A stretch of DNA of 46,702 bases from Dehalococcoidia bacterium (lineage in GTDB: Bacteria > Chloroflexota > Dehalococcoidia > Dehalococcoidales > RBG-16-60-22), in assembly GCA_011174815.1 (NCBI GenBank), contig DUFF01000083.1, positions 1 to 46,702 of the forward strand, in the 5' to 3' direction. Each line of letters opens with the position of its first letter. Position 1 is the first letter of the stretch. Positions 27,594-38,548 of this stretch are shown here, one piece after another. Under the pieces are notes generated by a model. The model searched no databases and was not told where the DNA came from. It saw only the letters and a list, made by a program, of their open reading frames with translations. The translations under genes were made by a program, and so were the position numbers.

Positions 27594-28052
27594 TCAATAT
27601 CCCGACTTTTTGCCGGTGATATTTTCAATATCAATTCTTACCACCGCGGCGCGAGCGGCCTTTTCAAATTCCAGGTCCGGCTTCTTCTCACCGAACTGCC
27701 GCATAAGCACCGCCAGGCCACGAATCTTATCTTCTTCATCCTCCAGAATATGCGCCCACCCCACGCCGATCACACTCCGGTATCTCGTTGACCAGCCACA
27801 GGGTTTTTCAGCATCGATGACCTCTACATCGGTGTCGATTTCAAAACAGACGCGATTGTTTCTCCTGATAAGGTCCATTTTACGACCTTCATGAGCGCTG
27901 TGGAAATACAGGGCATTTCCCTCATAGCCAAAACAAACCGGCACGATGTACGGTTCCTCACCATCAACCAGGCCAATCCGGCATATCTTCGCCTTCTTGA
28001 CTATCTCCTCAATCTCAGCGGGGTCGGCGATTTCCTTCTCTTTTCTTCGCAT
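27594..28052 (-). CDS. Pyridoxamine-5'-phosphate oxidase/NimA family flavin-binding protein
   Basis: MRRKEKEI, PYIVP, LYFHSA.EGRK, VCFE, YRSVIG.G, ITGK. Confidence 0.9.
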   Translation of the reverse strand: MRRKEKEIADPAEIEEIVKKAKICRIGLVDGEEPYIVPVCFGYEGNALYFHSAHEGRKMDLIRRNNRVCFEIDTDVEVIDAEKPCGWSTRYRSVIGVGWAHILEDEEDKIRGLAVLMRQFGEKKPDLEFEKAARAAVVRIDIENITGKKSGY

Positions 28053-28060
28053 CGGCCGTT

Positions 28061-29317
28061 TTACTTCATAACCTCATCGGGATGGGTGATTCTTCCGGTC
28101 ACGGCGCTGGCGGCGGCAACTGCCGGATTAGCCAGATATACTTCTGACTTGGGATGTCCCATCCTGCCGACAAAGTTGCGATTGGTGGTGGAGATACACC
28201 TTTCCCCTTCCGCCAGCACGCCCGTATGTCCACCGAAGCAAGGTCCACAGGTGGGAGTGCTGACCGCAGCACCGGCCTCAATGAAAACTTCGATAAGCCC
28301 TTCTTTCAGAGCATCAGCATATACCTGCTGGGACCCTGGAATGACAATGCAACGCATACTGGGATGCACTTTCTTCCCCTTCAGTATCTGGGCAGCAGCC
28401 CTTAAATCATCAAGCCGGCCATTAGTGCAGCTGCCGATAATCGCCTGGTTGAGTTCTACGTTCCCCGCCTGGCTGGCCGGCCTGGCATTGGCCGGCGAAT
28501 GCGGAAATGACACCTGCGGTTCCAGGTCCGCGACATCATATTCGATGACCCTGGCATACTCAGCATCCGGATCAGGCTCATAAACATTATAGGGGCGCTG
28601 CGCTTTCGATTTTATGTAAAGCTGTGTCTTGTTGTCCACATGGAAAAGCCCGGCCTTGCCCCCGGCTTCAATGGCCATATTGGCCATGGTGAAACGCCCG
28701 TCCATGCTCAGCGCATCTATTGCCTCGCCGGTGAATTCCATCGCCGAATAGAGCGCCCCGTCAACGCCGATGTCGCCGATGGTATGGAGGATCAGGTCCT
28801 TCCCCCCTACCCACCTCTTCAGGTTACCATTATAGACAAACTTGATTGTTGGAGGCACCTTCATCCAAAGGTCACCGGTGGCCATGGCCGCAGCCAGATC
28901 CGTTGAACCGACCCCCGTGGCAAAGGTGCCCACTGCTCCATAGGTGCAGGTATGGGAATCGCCGCCGATGACCACCTGGCCGGGCAGCACAATGCCCTGC
29001 TCGGGCAGCAGAACATGTTCAATGCCCGCCTTACCTATCTCAAATAACACCGCTTTCTGCTCGCAGCAGAACTCCCGCATCATCTTGCCAATCTCGGCGG
29101 AAGCGATGTCCCGGGTGGGCATAAAGTGGTCGAGCACCATTACAATCTTCTTCGGGTCAAAGACGCGACTAACGCCGATTTTCTGGAACTCCTTGATGGC
29201 GATTGGTGCCGTGATATCATTGGACATAACCACGTCCACTTTGGCGTTAACGAATTCCCCGGGGCTCACCTTTTTTCGGTCCGTATGCGCAGCCAGTATC
29301 TTCTCAGCCAGATTCAT
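28061..29317 (-). CDS. leuC: 3-isopropylmalate dehydratase large subunit
   Basis: DSHTCTYG, IGSCTNGR, CGPC.G, TTNRNF.GRMG. Confidence 0.96.
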   Translation of the reverse strand: MNLAEKILAAHTDRKKVSPGEFVNAKVDVVMSNDITAPIAIKEFQKIGVSRVFDPKKIVMVLDHFMPTRDIASAEIGKMMREFCCEQKAVLFEIGKAGIEHVLLPEQGIVLPGQVVIGGDSHTCTYGAVGTFATGVGSTDLAAAMATGDLWMKVPPTIKFVYNGNLKRWVGGKDLILHTIGDIGVDGALYSAMEFTGEAIDALSMDGRFTMANMAIEAGGKAGLFHVDNKTQLYIKSKAQRPYNVYEPDPDAEYARVIEYDVADLEPQVSFPHSPANARPASQAGNVELNQAIIGSCTNGRLDDLRAAAQILKGKKVHPSMRCIVIPGSQQVYADALKEGLIEVFIEAGAAVSTPTCGPCFGGHTGVLAEGERCISTTNRNFVGRMGHPKSEVYLANPAVAAASAVTGRITHPDEVMK

Positions 29318-29362
29318 CTCCGTTCCCTTCCTTACATTTTTCAGTACATTCTTAATCGAGGT

Positions 29363-29764
29363 TCATCCTATCCAGCGAGGCATGATAAGCACACCAAGAA
29401 CCAGAGCCGTGGTTACTGCGGCAATAATATACAAACCCGTGCCAGCGGCAAGGCCAATGCCGGCCACCACCCAGATTGTAGCCGCAGTGGTCAGGCCAGC
29501 AACAATGCCTCCTTGCCGATGCAGGATAACTCCGGCTCCCAGAAAACCAACGCCAACCACCACGCTGGCGGCCACCCTTGCCGGGTCACTGTCGCCGCCA
29601 AAACCATAGATGGAGACCAGAGAGATAAGCGCCGCCCCGGTGGAGATAAGGATATGCGTCCTCAACCCTGCCTGTTTTCCGGCCCTTTCTCTCTGGTAGC
29701 CGATGACTGCTCCCAGAGCGGCAGCCAGCAAAAGACGCAGCACCATTTCCAGTGCTATAGGCAT
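29363..29764 (-). CDS. MgtC/SapB family membrane protein
   Basis: AGLRTH, DPARVAA.VV.GVGFLGAG, GLTTAATIW. Confidence 0.93.
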   Translation of the reverse strand: MPIALEMVLRLLLAAALGAVIGYQRERAGKQAGLRTHILISTGAALISLVSIYGFGGDSDPARVAASVVVGVGFLGAGVILHRQGGIVAGLTTAATIWVVAGIGLAAGTGLYIIAAVTTALVLGVLIMPRWIG

Positions 29765-29783
29765 CTCATCACACCTGCCCAGC

Positions 29784-31295
29784 TTATTTCTTAGCGGTCA
29801 GCAATCGATTGAGAGCGTTCACGTATGCTTTGGCGCTGGCCACTATGATGTCCGTATCGGCACCGCGACCGGTATAGGTAACGCCGTCGCTCTCGATGCG
29901 GCACAGCACCTCACCGATAGCGTCTATGCCCTCGGTTATCGATTTGATGCTGAATTCGGTAAGAGTGTTGGGTACTTTTACTATCTTGTCGATTGCCTTG
30001 AAGGCAGCATCAACCGGCCCGCTGCCCAGCGCAGCATCAGATAGCGCCTCCCCACCGAGGCCGGTGATGACCACCGATGCCGTGGGAATGCCACGGTCGC
30101 CGCAGGATACCTGAATGCGGTCAAGGTGATATACTTCGGAAACCGTGCGTTGCTCCTCGGCAACCAGCGATTCGATATCCCGGTCGGTTACTTCCTTCTT
30201 TTTATCTGCCAGCTCCTTGAAAGCACGAAAGACGCGATTGAAGTCTTCATCTTCCAGGCTGTAACCCAGCTCAGCCAGTCTCTCGCGCAGGGCGTGTCGC
30301 CCGCTCAATTTGCCCAGCACCAGGCTGCTCGATGGTATGCCCACTGTCTTGGGGTCCATGATTTCGAACGTGATGGGCATTTTGATAACCCCGTCCTGGT
30401 GTATACCGGACTCATGCCGGAAGGCATTGGCGCCAACAATAGCTTTATTCGACTGCACAGAAAAGCCAGTCAATTCGCTTACCATCCGGCTCGTCTTATA
30501 GATTTGCCGGGTATCTATACCCGTATCGAGGTCGAATAAGTCGCGGCGGGTCTTGAGTGCCATCACGACTTCCTCGAGCGAAGCATTGCCCGCCCTCTCC
30601 CCGATGCCGTTGATGGTGCATTCCACCTGCCTGACGCCCCGCCTCACCGCCTCCAGGCTGTTCGCCACCGCCAGGCCGAGGTCATTATGACAGTGCACGC
30701 TGACCACCGTCTTTTCGATGCCGGGCACGTTCTGGAAAATGCCGTCAATCAGGCGGCCGAACTCCTCCGGTATGGCATAACCCATGGTATCCGGGATATT
30801 GAGCGTATTGGCGCCAGCTTCAATAGCAATCTGCAGTATCTGGTACAGGTAGGCCGGCTCGGTGCGGCTGGCATCCATGGGTGAGAACTCGATGTCATCG
30901 GTATAACCCTTCGCCCAGGCCACCATGTCACGCGTTAATTGCAGAATTTCATCGCGGTTCTTTTTCAACACGTGCATGAGGTGGATATCCGAAGACGAGA
31001 CAAAAACGTGAATACGGGGATAGGCTGCGCCTTCAATCGCCTCCCAGGCGCGGTCAATATCATTCGGATTCGCCCGCGCCAGACCACAGATAATGCTGCC
31101 ACGCACCTCCTGAGCGATGAGCTTTACCGACTCAAAATCGCCCGGTGAAGTGATGGGGAAGCCCGCTTCAATGATATCCACACCGAGCTTTTCAAGCTGC
31201 CTGGCGATTTCAAGCTTCTCATTAAGGTTAAGGCTGCCACCGGCTGCCTGTTCGCCATCGCGCAGTGTGGTGTCAAAGATAATCACTTTGTCCAT
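29784..31295 (-). CDS. leuA: 2-isopropylmalate synthase
   Basis: [34 protein letters not shown]-terminal regulatory domain. Confidence 0.96.
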   Translation of the reverse strand: MDKVIIFDTTLRDGEQAAGGSLNLNEKLEIARQLEKLGVDIIEAGFPITSPGDFESVKLIAQEVRGSIICGLARANPNDIDRAWEAIEGAAYPRIHVFVSSSDIHLMHVLKKNRDEILQLTRDMVAWAKGYTDDIEFSPMDASRTEPAYLYQILQIAIEAGANTLNIPDTMGYAIPEEFGRLIDGIFQNVPGIEKTVVSVHCHNDLGLAVANSLEAVRRGVRQVECTINGIGERAGNASLEEVVMALKTRRDLFDLDTGIDTRQIYKTSRMVSELTGFSVQSNKAIVGANAFRHESGIHQDGVIKMPITFEIMDPKTVGIPSSSLVLGKLSGRHALRERLAELGYSLEDEDFNRVFRAFKELADKKKEVTDRDIESLVAEEQRTVSEVYHLDRIQVSCGDRGIPTASVVITGLGGEALSDAALGSGPVDAAFKAIDKIVKVPNTLTEFSIKSITEGIDAIGEVLCRIESDGVTYTGRGADTDIIVASAKAYVNALNRLLTAKK

Positions 31296-31347
31296 CTTGC
31301 TCCCCCATTATTTTTAACGCCTATTAAATTTGTAGCATGTTTTCTGC

Positions 31348-32340
31348 TTATTTAGCCAGCCACGGCATCATCTTGCGCAGTTCAGCTCCGACTATCTCAA
31401 TCGGGTGCTCCCTGTCCTTGCGCGTGAGCGCGTTGAATACGGGCAGACCGGCCTGGTTCTCCAGAATCCACTCCCGGGCAAAGGTGCCGTCCTGAATCTC
31501 GCCCAGAATCTCCCATAAATTCTCTCTCACCCCTTCGTCAATTACTCTTGGCCCTCTGGTTATATCACCGTACCGGGCAGTATGGCTCACCGAGTCACGC
31601 ATAAAGCTGATGCCGCCTTTATAGATAAGGTCAACAATGAGCTTGAGCTCGTTAAGGCACTCGAAGTAAGCCAGTTCCGGCTGATAGCCAGCCTCCACCA
31701 GCGTTTCAAAGGTAGCTTTGAGGAGAGCTGTCACGCCGCCACAGAGTATCGTCTGCTCGCCGAAGAGGTCGGTCTCAGTTTCCTCGGCGAAGGTAGTCTC
31801 CAGGACGCCAGCACGCGCGCAGCCGATGGCCGCCGAGTAGGCCAGCGCTTTGTCCTTCGCCTGCCCGGAAGCATCCTGATAGACTGCTATCAGCGCCGGT
31901 ACGCCCTGTCCCTGAGTAAAGAAATCGCGGAGCAGGTTTCCGGGACTCTTGGGCGCTATCATGGTTACATCGATGTCTGGCGATGGCACCACCTGATTGT
32001 AGTGGATGGTGAAGCCGTGGGAAACCATGAGCATATTGCCCTTGGATAGTCCCGGTGCGATATGCTGATTGTAGATTCTCTGATGCAAATTGTCCGGGGC
32101 CAACAGCATGACGATTTCCGCCGCTTTTGCCGCCTCGGCCACCAAAGCCACCTTAACGCCATCAGCCTCAGCTCTCGCCTTGCTCTTGCTACCTTCCTGA
32201 AGTCCCACCACCACCTCACAGCCGCTGTCTTTAAGGTTCAGCGACTGGCCGCGCCCTTGGTTGCCATAGCCGATAATGGCAATTGTCTTGCCTTTCAGCA
32301 AATCTAGGTTTGCGTCTTTCTCATAATACACCTTAGCCAT
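31348..32340 (-). CDS. ilvC: Ketol-acid reductoisomerase
   Basis: [31 protein letters not shown]. Confidence 0.97.
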   Translation of the reverse strand: MAKVYYEKDANLDLLKGKTIAIIGYGNQGRGQSLNLKDSGCEVVVGLQEGSKSKARAEADGVKVALVAEAAKAAEIVMLLAPDNLHQRIYNQHIAPGLSKGNMLMVSHGFTIHYNQVVPSPDIDVTMIAPKSPGNLLRDFFTQGQGVPALIAVYQDASGQAKDKALAYSAAIGCARAGVLETTFAEETETDLFGEQTILCGGVTALLKATFETLVEAGYQPELAYFECLNELKLIVDLIYKGGISFMRDSVSHTARYGDITRGPRVIDEGVRENLWEILGEIQDGTFAREWILENQAGLPVFNALTRKDREHPIEIVGAELRKMMPWLAK

Positions 32341-32412
32341 GTACCCTTTACTTTACCTCCTTTATCGTTTTATGCGTCTGCTAATGCGCATTAATTCAGG
32401 AAAAGAACGTAT

Positions 32413-32961
32413 TTACAATAAGTTATACCTTTCTTTTCTAGTTTTCGATGGTTTTTGTTCAACAGGCAGCTGGCTGGTACTCCCTCGCAGCATAGCGATG
32501 CAACCTGTCCTGGCCACTTCCTTGACGCCAAAGCTGCGCAATAAATTCAATAAAGAATCAACTTTATCCTCATCGCCGGTAATCTCGATGGTCAGCGAAT
32601 CAGACGCTACATCGACGATATTGGCACGGAAAATATCGGCGATTTCAATGATCTCGCTGCGGGTTGAGGAAGTTGCCTTCACCTTTATGAGTGCCAGCTC
32701 TCTCACCGTGATATTGTCATCAGTAACGTCAGCGACCTTAACCACATTTACCACCTTGCCCAGTTGCTTTCTCACCTGCTCGAGAATACTGGCCGTACCG
32801 TTGACCACGATGGTCATGCGAGACAGATTGGGCAGTTCGCTGTGCCCCACGGCGATGCTTTCGATATTGAAGCCCCGCCTTCGAAAAAGGCTGGCCATAC
32901 GGGTCAGTACTCCGGGCTTATCCTCAACCAGTGCCACCAGGGTGTGCTTCATTTTCGACAA
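32413..32961 (-). CDS. ilvN: Acetolactate synthase regulatory subunit (full length)
   Basis: EDKPGVL.R...LF.RRGFNIES ACT domain; RELALIKV; E.ARTG. Confidence 0.95.
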   Translation of the reverse strand: MSKMKHTLVALVEDKPGVLTRMASLFRRRGFNIESIAVGHSELPNLSRMTIVVNGTASILEQVRKQLGKVVNVVKVADVTDDNITVRELALIKVKATSSTRSEIIEIADIFRANIVDVASDSLTIEITGDEDKVDSLLNLLRSFGVKEVARTGCIAMLRGSTSQLPVEQKPSKTRKERYNLL

Positions 32962-33006
32962 AAGCTATCCTTAAATCCGGTCCAGCAAAGGGCTCTCCTC
33001 TTCGCC

Positions 33007-33282
33007 TCACGCCACATCTTCGGTGGTGATATCCAGTACTTTTACCACGTCGATTATCTTTTCCAGCTGTTTTCGAACCTGACCCAGAATCACCGCCGAG
33101 CCGGAGACCACAATGGCAACCCTGGTCAGACCGGGCCGAGAGCCATCCTCAGTTTCAATGGTTTCCAGTACATTCACGCTGTGAATATTGAAACCACGTC
33201 TGCGGAACACGTTTGACATCCGGTTCAACACGCCGGGTTTGTCCTCTACCAATGCCAGCAGAATATGCTTCGTTGGCGCCAT
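33007..33282 (-). CDS. Second, ACT-domain-only acetolactate synthase small subunit paralog
   Basis: ALVEDKPGVLNR...FRRRGFNI, QVRKQL.K; own GAAGGTG RBS; 91 aa. Confidence 0.8.
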   Translation of the reverse strand: MAPTKHILLALVEDKPGVLNRMSNVFRRRGFNIHSVNVLETIETEDGSRPGLTRVAIVVSGSAVILGQVRKQLEKIIDVVKVLDITTEDVA

Positions 33283-33301
33283 TTTGCCACCTTCTCCGAG
33301 C

Positions 33302-35026
33302 TTAGATATTGCTCACCTTCAGTCTCTTGGAATCGGAAATGGCCTTTATCGGTTGCTTGGGCTCCTCAATACTCTCGGCAACGGTTGCCCCGGGCGGGAT
33401 CATGGGATAAACGTTCTCTTCCGGCTCCACCATGAAGTCGATGAGGAACGGCCCCTGGTACGCCATCGCCTGCTCAATCGCCGGTATTACCTCTTCTTTG
33501 TGCTTGACCCGTAACGCGGATATGCAGTACCCCTCTGCAACCTTGACAAAGTCCGGGCAGGATATCGGTGTGGCGACGTACCGCCCTTTATAAAACAACT
33601 GCTGCCACTGCCTTACCATACCGAGATAGCCATTATTGATAATGGCTATCTTGACCGGTGCCTGCTCCTGAGCGATGGAGCCGAGCTCCTGTATGGTCAT
33701 CTGGAAACCGCCATCGCCATCAATGCACCACACCGGCGCATCAGGGCAGCCAATTTGCGCACCGAAAGCCGCCGGCAGACCAAACCCCATAGCCCCGAGA
33801 CCTCCGGAAGATATCAGTGTATTGGGTTTATTGAACCAGTAGTGCTGCGCCGCCCACATCTGGTGCTGCCCAACTCCAGTTACAATAATCGCTTGGCCTT
33901 TGGTTATTTCATATATCTGCCGAACCACATACTGAGGCAGGAGTCCATCATCATCCCGGATATCGATTGACGGGTGTTCCCTCCGCCAGTCATCCACCTG
34001 ACCTATCCAGTCAAGATGGTCAACTGGGGCTATCTGTTTGTTCAATGCCTGTAAAACCATCTTGACGTCGCCTACGATAGGCACGTCCACGCGGACGTTC
34101 TTGCCGATTTCCGCCGGGTCAATATCAATGTGAACGATGTGGGCATGGGGAGCAAAAGCACTGATCTTGCCCGTTACCCGGTCATCAAATCTCATACCGA
34201 TGGCGATGAGCACGTCAGCATTCTCGATGGCGTAATTCGCGTAGACCATTCCGTGCATGCCCACCATACCGTAGCTGAGGGCATGTTCTTCCGGGAAGCA
34301 GCCAATGCCCAACAAGGTAGTCACCACCGGTATCTGTGCCATTTCCGCAAGGTGCTTCAATTCACCGTAAGCTTTCGAGATATTGACCCCCCGGCCGGCA
34401 ATGATAACGGGATGCCTGGCTTCATTTATCATCTTGGCAGCTTTTTTGATTTGCGCGGGATGACCCTGAAGCGTCGGCCTGTAGCCGGGTAAATCCACCC
34501 TGTCCGGGTAACTGAAATCAGCCTGCTCCAAGAATACGTCGCGAGGTATATCGATTAATATCGGCCCTGGGCGTCCGGTACGGGCCAAATGAAAGGCCTG
34601 CTTGATTACCACCGCCAAGTCATTTACGTCCATAACCAGGTAGTTATGTTTGGTAACAGGCAATGTTATACCGGTAATGTCTGTTTCCTGAAAGGCATCA
34701 CGCCCGATGAAGTCCCTCCGCACCTGGCCGGTTACCGCAATTACCGGCACCGAATCAAGAAAAGCATTGGCAATGCCGGTAACAAGGTTGGTCGCTCCGG
34801 GCCCGGAGGTGGCAAAACATACCCCCACCTTTCCCGTCGCCCGTGCATAGCCATCGGCGGCGTGGGCGGCACCCTGCTCGTGGCGCACCAGAATATGCCG
34901 GAGCTGTGGATACTGCGGCAGGGTGTCATAAAGCGGAATGACCGCCCCGCCGGGGAAACCAAAAATAATATCCACTCCTTCTTTTACTAAGCCTTCGCAT
35001 AGAATCTGTGCCCCTGTCAGTTTCAT
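33302..35026 (-). CDS. ilvB: Acetolactate synthase large subunit, biosynthetic type
   Basis: FGFPGGA, RHEQGA.HAADGYAR, TSGPGATN, RFDDRVTG, GDGGFQM, LGMVRQWQ. Confidence 0.97.
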   Translation of the reverse strand: MKLTGAQILCEGLVKEGVDIIFGFPGGAVIPLYDTLPQYPQLRHILVRHEQGAAHAADGYARATGKVGVCFATSGPGATNLVTGIANAFLDSVPVIAVTGQVRRDFIGRDAFQETDITGITLPVTKHNYLVMDVNDLAVVIKQAFHLARTGRPGPILIDIPRDVFLEQADFSYPDRVDLPGYRPTLQGHPAQIKKAAKMINEARHPVIIAGRGVNISKAYGELKHLAEMAQIPVVTTLLGIGCFPEEHALSYGMVGMHGMVYANYAIENADVLIAIGMRFDDRVTGKISAFAPHAHIVHIDIDPAEIGKNVRVDVPIVGDVKMVLQALNKQIAPVDHLDWIGQVDDWRREHPSIDIRDDDGLLPQYVVRQIYEITKGQAIIVTGVGQHQMWAAQHYWFNKPNTLISSGGLGAMGFGLPAAFGAQIGCPDAPVWCIDGDGGFQMTIQELGSIAQEQAPVKIAIINNGYLGMVRQWQQLFYKGRYVATPISCPDFVKVAEGYCISALRVKHKEEVIPAIEQAMAYQGPFLIDFMVEPEENVYPMIPPGATVAESIEEPKQPIKAISDSKRLKVSNI

Positions 35027-35038
35027 GGCAAGCCTCCT

Positions 35039-36715
35039 CTAACCGCCAAATACCGCTCCGGTACTCGCTGAACATACCTTCTCGGCATAATACTTGAGAT
35101 AACCGGACTTTACTTTCGGTTCAAACTCCGGCAATTGCGCCAGGCGACGTTTTATCTCTTCATCCGTGAGCTCCACCTCCAGCTTGTAATTGGGAATATC
35201 GATAACAATAGTATCACCATCCTGTAAAGCGGCAATCGGGCCCTGGCTCGCCGCCTCAGGAGAAACGTGGCCGATGGCAGCACCGCGGGAACCGCCGGAA
35301 AAACGCCCGTCAGTGATAAGAGCCACCTTGTTATCTATTCCGAGACCGCTTAATAAAGAGGTGGGAGTGAGCATCTCCCTCATTCCCGGACCACCTTTTG
35401 GCCCTTCGTAACGGATGACGACCACATCGCCCTCCTTGATACCGCCGCTCATAATGGCCTTGGTGGCCTCCTCCTCCGATTCGAATATCCGGGCCGGACC
35501 GCGGTGCGACAGCATCTCCGGAGCCACCGCCGAGCGCCGCACCACGGCACCATCCGGAGCCAGGTTGCCAAACAGCATCGATAGCCCGCCGCTTTGGGCA
35601 AAGGCATCGTCAGCCGGCCGTATTACCGCCCTGTCCAGAACCCGGCTGCTGGCGATATTATCGGCCAGTGTTCCGCCGGTAGCGGTTTTCAGATTCAGTT
35701 TCAAAAGGCCTTTTATTTCACTCATCACCGCCGATATGCCGCCGGCACGGTCCAGGTCTTCAATGTGATATTTGGTTTTGGCATCTATATAGGCCGGTGA
35801 CAGCTTGCAGAGACACGGCGTCTTCTGGCTTATCTCATTGACCAGCGACAGGGGAAAGGCAACGCCTGCCTCGTGGGCAATGGCCATCAGATGCAGCACC
35901 GAGTTGGTGCTGGCGCCGAGTGCCATATCGACGGTTAAAGCATTATAAATGGACTCTTTATTGATGAAATCACGGGGCCGGACGTTATCTTTCAGTAGCC
36001 TCATCACGGCACGCCCAGCATTCCTAGCCAGGCCACGACGCCTAGCGTCAACCGCCGGGATAGTGCCATTGCCCGGCAACCCTATCCCCATAACTTCAAT
36101 CAGGCAGTTCATGGTATTGGCGGTGAACATACCGGAGCAGCTACCGCAGCCCGGACAAGCGACCTGCTCCATCTGCTCCAGCTCCTCCTGGCTCATCTTG
36201 CCGCTGAGAACCGCTCCCACCCCCTCAAAGACCGAGATGAGGTCAACCTTCGGGCCATCATTGCCGAACTTGCTCGCCAGCATGGGGCCGCCGCTGATGA
36301 AGATAGACGGGATGTTCAACCTCGCCGCCGCCATGAGCATCCCGGGGACAATCTTGTCACAGTTGGGAATGAAAACAAGTGCATCAAAGGCGTGTGCCTC
36401 GGCTACCGCCTCCGCGGAATCGGCAATCAACTCCCGGCTGGGCAGGCTGTATTTCATGCCGGGATGGTTCATGACAATGCCATCACACACCGCAATGGTA
36501 TTGACCTCAAAGGGGACACCGCCCCCCTCCCGTACACCCGCCTTCACCGCCTGCGCAATATCACGCAGGTGTATGTGCCCAGGAACAATCTCGCTGTAGC
36601 TGTTGATAATGCCCACAAACGGCTTGCTCATTTCCGAGCGATTGCAGCCCAGAGCATACAGCAGAGACCGGTGTGGCGCCCTTTCTATCCCCTTTTTGAC
36701 AACGTCACTTTTCAT
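35039..36715 (-). CDS. ilvD: Dihydroxy-acid dehydratase
   Basis: [41 protein letters not shown]. Start reassigned to ATG 36715 (MKSD) behind a GGGGA RBS. Confidence 0.96.
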   Translation of the reverse strand: MKSDVVKKGIERAPHRSLLYALGCNRSEMSKPFVGIINSYSEIVPGHIHLRDIAQAVKAGVREGGGVPFEVNTIAVCDGIVMNHPGMKYSLPSRELIADSAEAVAEAHAFDALVFIPNCDKIVPGMLMAAARLNIPSIFISGGPMLASKFGNDGPKVDLISVFEGVGAVLSGKMSQEELEQMEQVACPGCGSCSGMFTANTMNCLIEVMGIGLPGNGTIPAVDARRRGLARNAGRAVMRLLKDNVRPRDFINKESIYNALTVDMALGASTNSVLHLMAIAHEAGVAFPLSLVNEISQKTPCLCKLSPAYIDAKTKYHIEDLDRAGGISAVMSEIKGLLKLNLKTATGGTLADNIASSRVLDRAVIRPADDAFAQSGGLSMLFGNLAPDGAVVRRSAVAPEMLSHRGPARIFESEEEATKAIMSGGIKEGDVVVIRYEGPKGGPGMREMLTPTSLLSGLGIDNKVALITDGRFSGGSRGAAIGHVSPEAASQGPIAALQDGDTIVIDIPNYKLEVELTDEEIKRRLAQLPEFEPKVKSGYLKYYAEKVCSASTGAVFGG

Positions 36716-36742
36716 ATCCGATTCCCCATTATTAGATTGATT

Positions 36743-36839
36743 AAAAAAATAAAGGCCACATATGTACGGACCAAAGACACGGAGAAAAAACCGCTGCAGC
36801 CCGTACCACAAAATAGCATAGAATAATTTAAATTGTCAA
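36743..36839 (-). promoter_or_regulatory. ilv-leu operon promoter plus structured leader (candidate attenuator)
   Basis: TTGACA-18-TATTTT with TG extension (36810-36839); leader stem GTACGGGC/GTCCGTAC overlapping a hairpin followed by TTTATTTTTTT. Confidence 0.5.
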
Positions 36840-36858
36840 ACTGGCGAACTGTGTCCGG

Positions 36859-37530
36859 TTACTTCTGCCCTGAGCCAGGGTCTTGAATCGCCCGCAGCAC
36901 CTGCCGTATCTCCAGCCAGCTGACCAGCCCCTGTCTCAGAAGCTGCGGTGGGCTGACGGTCAAATCAACGATTGTGGAGAGCCCGCGCGATGGTATTGCG
37001 CCCTGGTCCAGAATCAGAGAGACCTGCTCCACTGCCTCTCCAAGCAGTTTCATCACTTCCGGCACAGAGTACGGCGTCGGCTGCCCGCTGGCATTGGCGC
37101 TCGTGGCCGTAATGGGCAGGTCGGCTATAGCAGTCAAGTCCAGTATCACCCGGTTATCGGGGATTCTGATGCCAACGGTATCCCTCCCGGCAACCAGCAA
37201 TGATGGAATGCCCTCTTTTCTGGTCAGTACCAGCGTTAGAGCACCGGGCAGGAAACTGTGCGCCAGTTGCTCTGCTTCCGGGATGACGTGGGCATACCTC
37301 CCGGCCATTTCCAGCGAGTTGACCGCTATGTGTATCGGATTGGAGTAAGCGCGTCCCTTCAGGTTGAAGACCTTGACAATAGCTTTGGCATCAAGGGCAT
37401 TGGCTGCCAGTGCATACCCGGTATCGGTGGGGCATACGATGACAGCACCCTTGCGGATAAGACGCGCTGCCCTTCTGAGCAACTGCACCGATGGTTTCCC
37501 GGGATTTACTTTTTTAACCTCAACCCGCAT
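36859..37530 (-). CDS. tsaC: Threonylcarbamoyl-AMP synthase (YrdC/TsaC type)
   Basis: PTDTGY, K.R...NP, PGALT, VGIRIP, ATSAN.SG, STIVD; start set at ATG 37530. Confidence 0.92.
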   Translation of the reverse strand: MRVEVKKVNPGKPSVQLLRRAARLIRKGAVIVCPTDTGYALAANALDAKAIVKVFNLKGRAYSNPIHIAVNSLEMAGRYAHVIPEAEQLAHSFLPGALTLVLTRKEGIPSLLVAGRDTVGIRIPDNRVILDLTAIADLPITATSANASGQPTPYSVPEVMKLLGEAVEQVSLILDQGAIPSRGLSTIVDLTVSPPQLLRQGLVSWLEIRQVLRAIQDPGSGQK

Positions 37531-38548
37531 GCTGCACCTCAAGCGGCACATTCGGAATGACATCAAGCGACAGGTCATCGGCATAGCCGCGCCTCAGCCT
37601 GGCATGGCCGGCCGCGGCAATCATGGCCGCGTTATCTGTGCACAGCGAGAGAGCGGGAAAGTACACTTTGATACTCTCTCTGTCACCGGTATCGGTGAAC
37701 ACTTCTCTCAACCGCCGGTTGGCCGAGACGCCGCCGGTAACGCTGATGGCAGATACCCCGCTTTCCCTGGCCGCCCGCAACGTCTTGGCTACCAGCACCT
37801 CCACCACTGCTTCCTGAAAGCTGGCCGCGATATCCTCAAAAGGCAGTTTTTCACCGCCGGCAAGCTGGTGCTTGAAGGCATTGATGATGGCCGTCTTCAA
37901 GCCGCTGAAGCTGAAATAAAATGATTTGGCCTTCAGTAAGGGGCGGGGGAAAGCAAAGGCCTTCCGGTTGCCTTTTGTGGCCAGGCGGTCAATGGCCGGA
38001 CCGCCGGGGAAGCCGAGGCCGAGGAACTTGGCAATCTTGTCAAAAGCCTCACCGGCGGCATCATCAACCGTCCCACCGAGTTTCTCATACCGGCAGTGGT
38101 CTCTGACGTACACCAGCAGGGTATGTCCGCCGGACACCGTCAGGCAGACGTGGGGCAATGGTATTTCCGGATTGCTCAGCAGGTTGGCAAATATGTGCCC
38201 CTCGATGTGGTGCACCCCGACCAGCGGCACCCGCAAAGCATAGCTGAGCGTCTTGGCCGCCGCCACCCCGACAAGCAGGGACCCAACCAGCCCCTGTTTG
38301 GCCGTCACTGCTACTGCCTGCACATCAGACAGGCTTTTCCCTCCCGCATCAAGCGCCTCATTGATGACGTAGCCGATGAGCTCGGTATGCCGCCGCGCTG
38401 CAATCTCCGGTACCACGCCGCCGTATTTACGGTGCAGGTCAAGCTGATTGGCGATGATATTGGATAGCACCGTCCGGCCGTCAGCTACCAGCGCCGCCGC
38501 CGTTTCATCACAGGAAGTCTCGATACCCAATACCAGCATCCCGGTCAC
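37520..38548 (-). CDS. tsaD: tRNA N6-adenosine threonylcarbamoyltransferase
   Basis: LGIETSCDET, GGVVPEIAAR.H, HHIEGH, SGGHT, DDAAGEAFDK, TDNAAMIA. Confidence 0.97.
   Translation of the reverse strand: MTGMLVLGIETSCDETAAALVADGRTVLSNIIANQLDLHRKYGGVVPEIAARRHTELIGYVINEALDAGGKSLSDVQAVAVTAKQGLVGSLLVGVAAAKTLSYALRVPLVGVHHIEGHIFANLLSNPEIPLPHVCLTVSGGHTLLVYVRDHCRYEKLGGTVDDAAGEAFDKIAKFLGLGFPGGPAIDRLATKGNRKAFAFPRPLLKAKSFYFSFSGLKTAIINAFKHQLAGGEKLPFEDIAASFQEAVVEVLVAKTLRAARESGVSAISVTGGVSANRRLREVFTDTGDRESIKVYFPALSLCTDNAAMIAAAGHARLRRGYADDLSLDVIPNVPLEVQHAG

Noticed and set aside
36716-36811. 32-aa N-terminal extension of IlvD from GTG 36811
   Set aside because: That start lies at the -10 element, and the region is better explained as a 5' leader; an RBS precedes ATG 36715.
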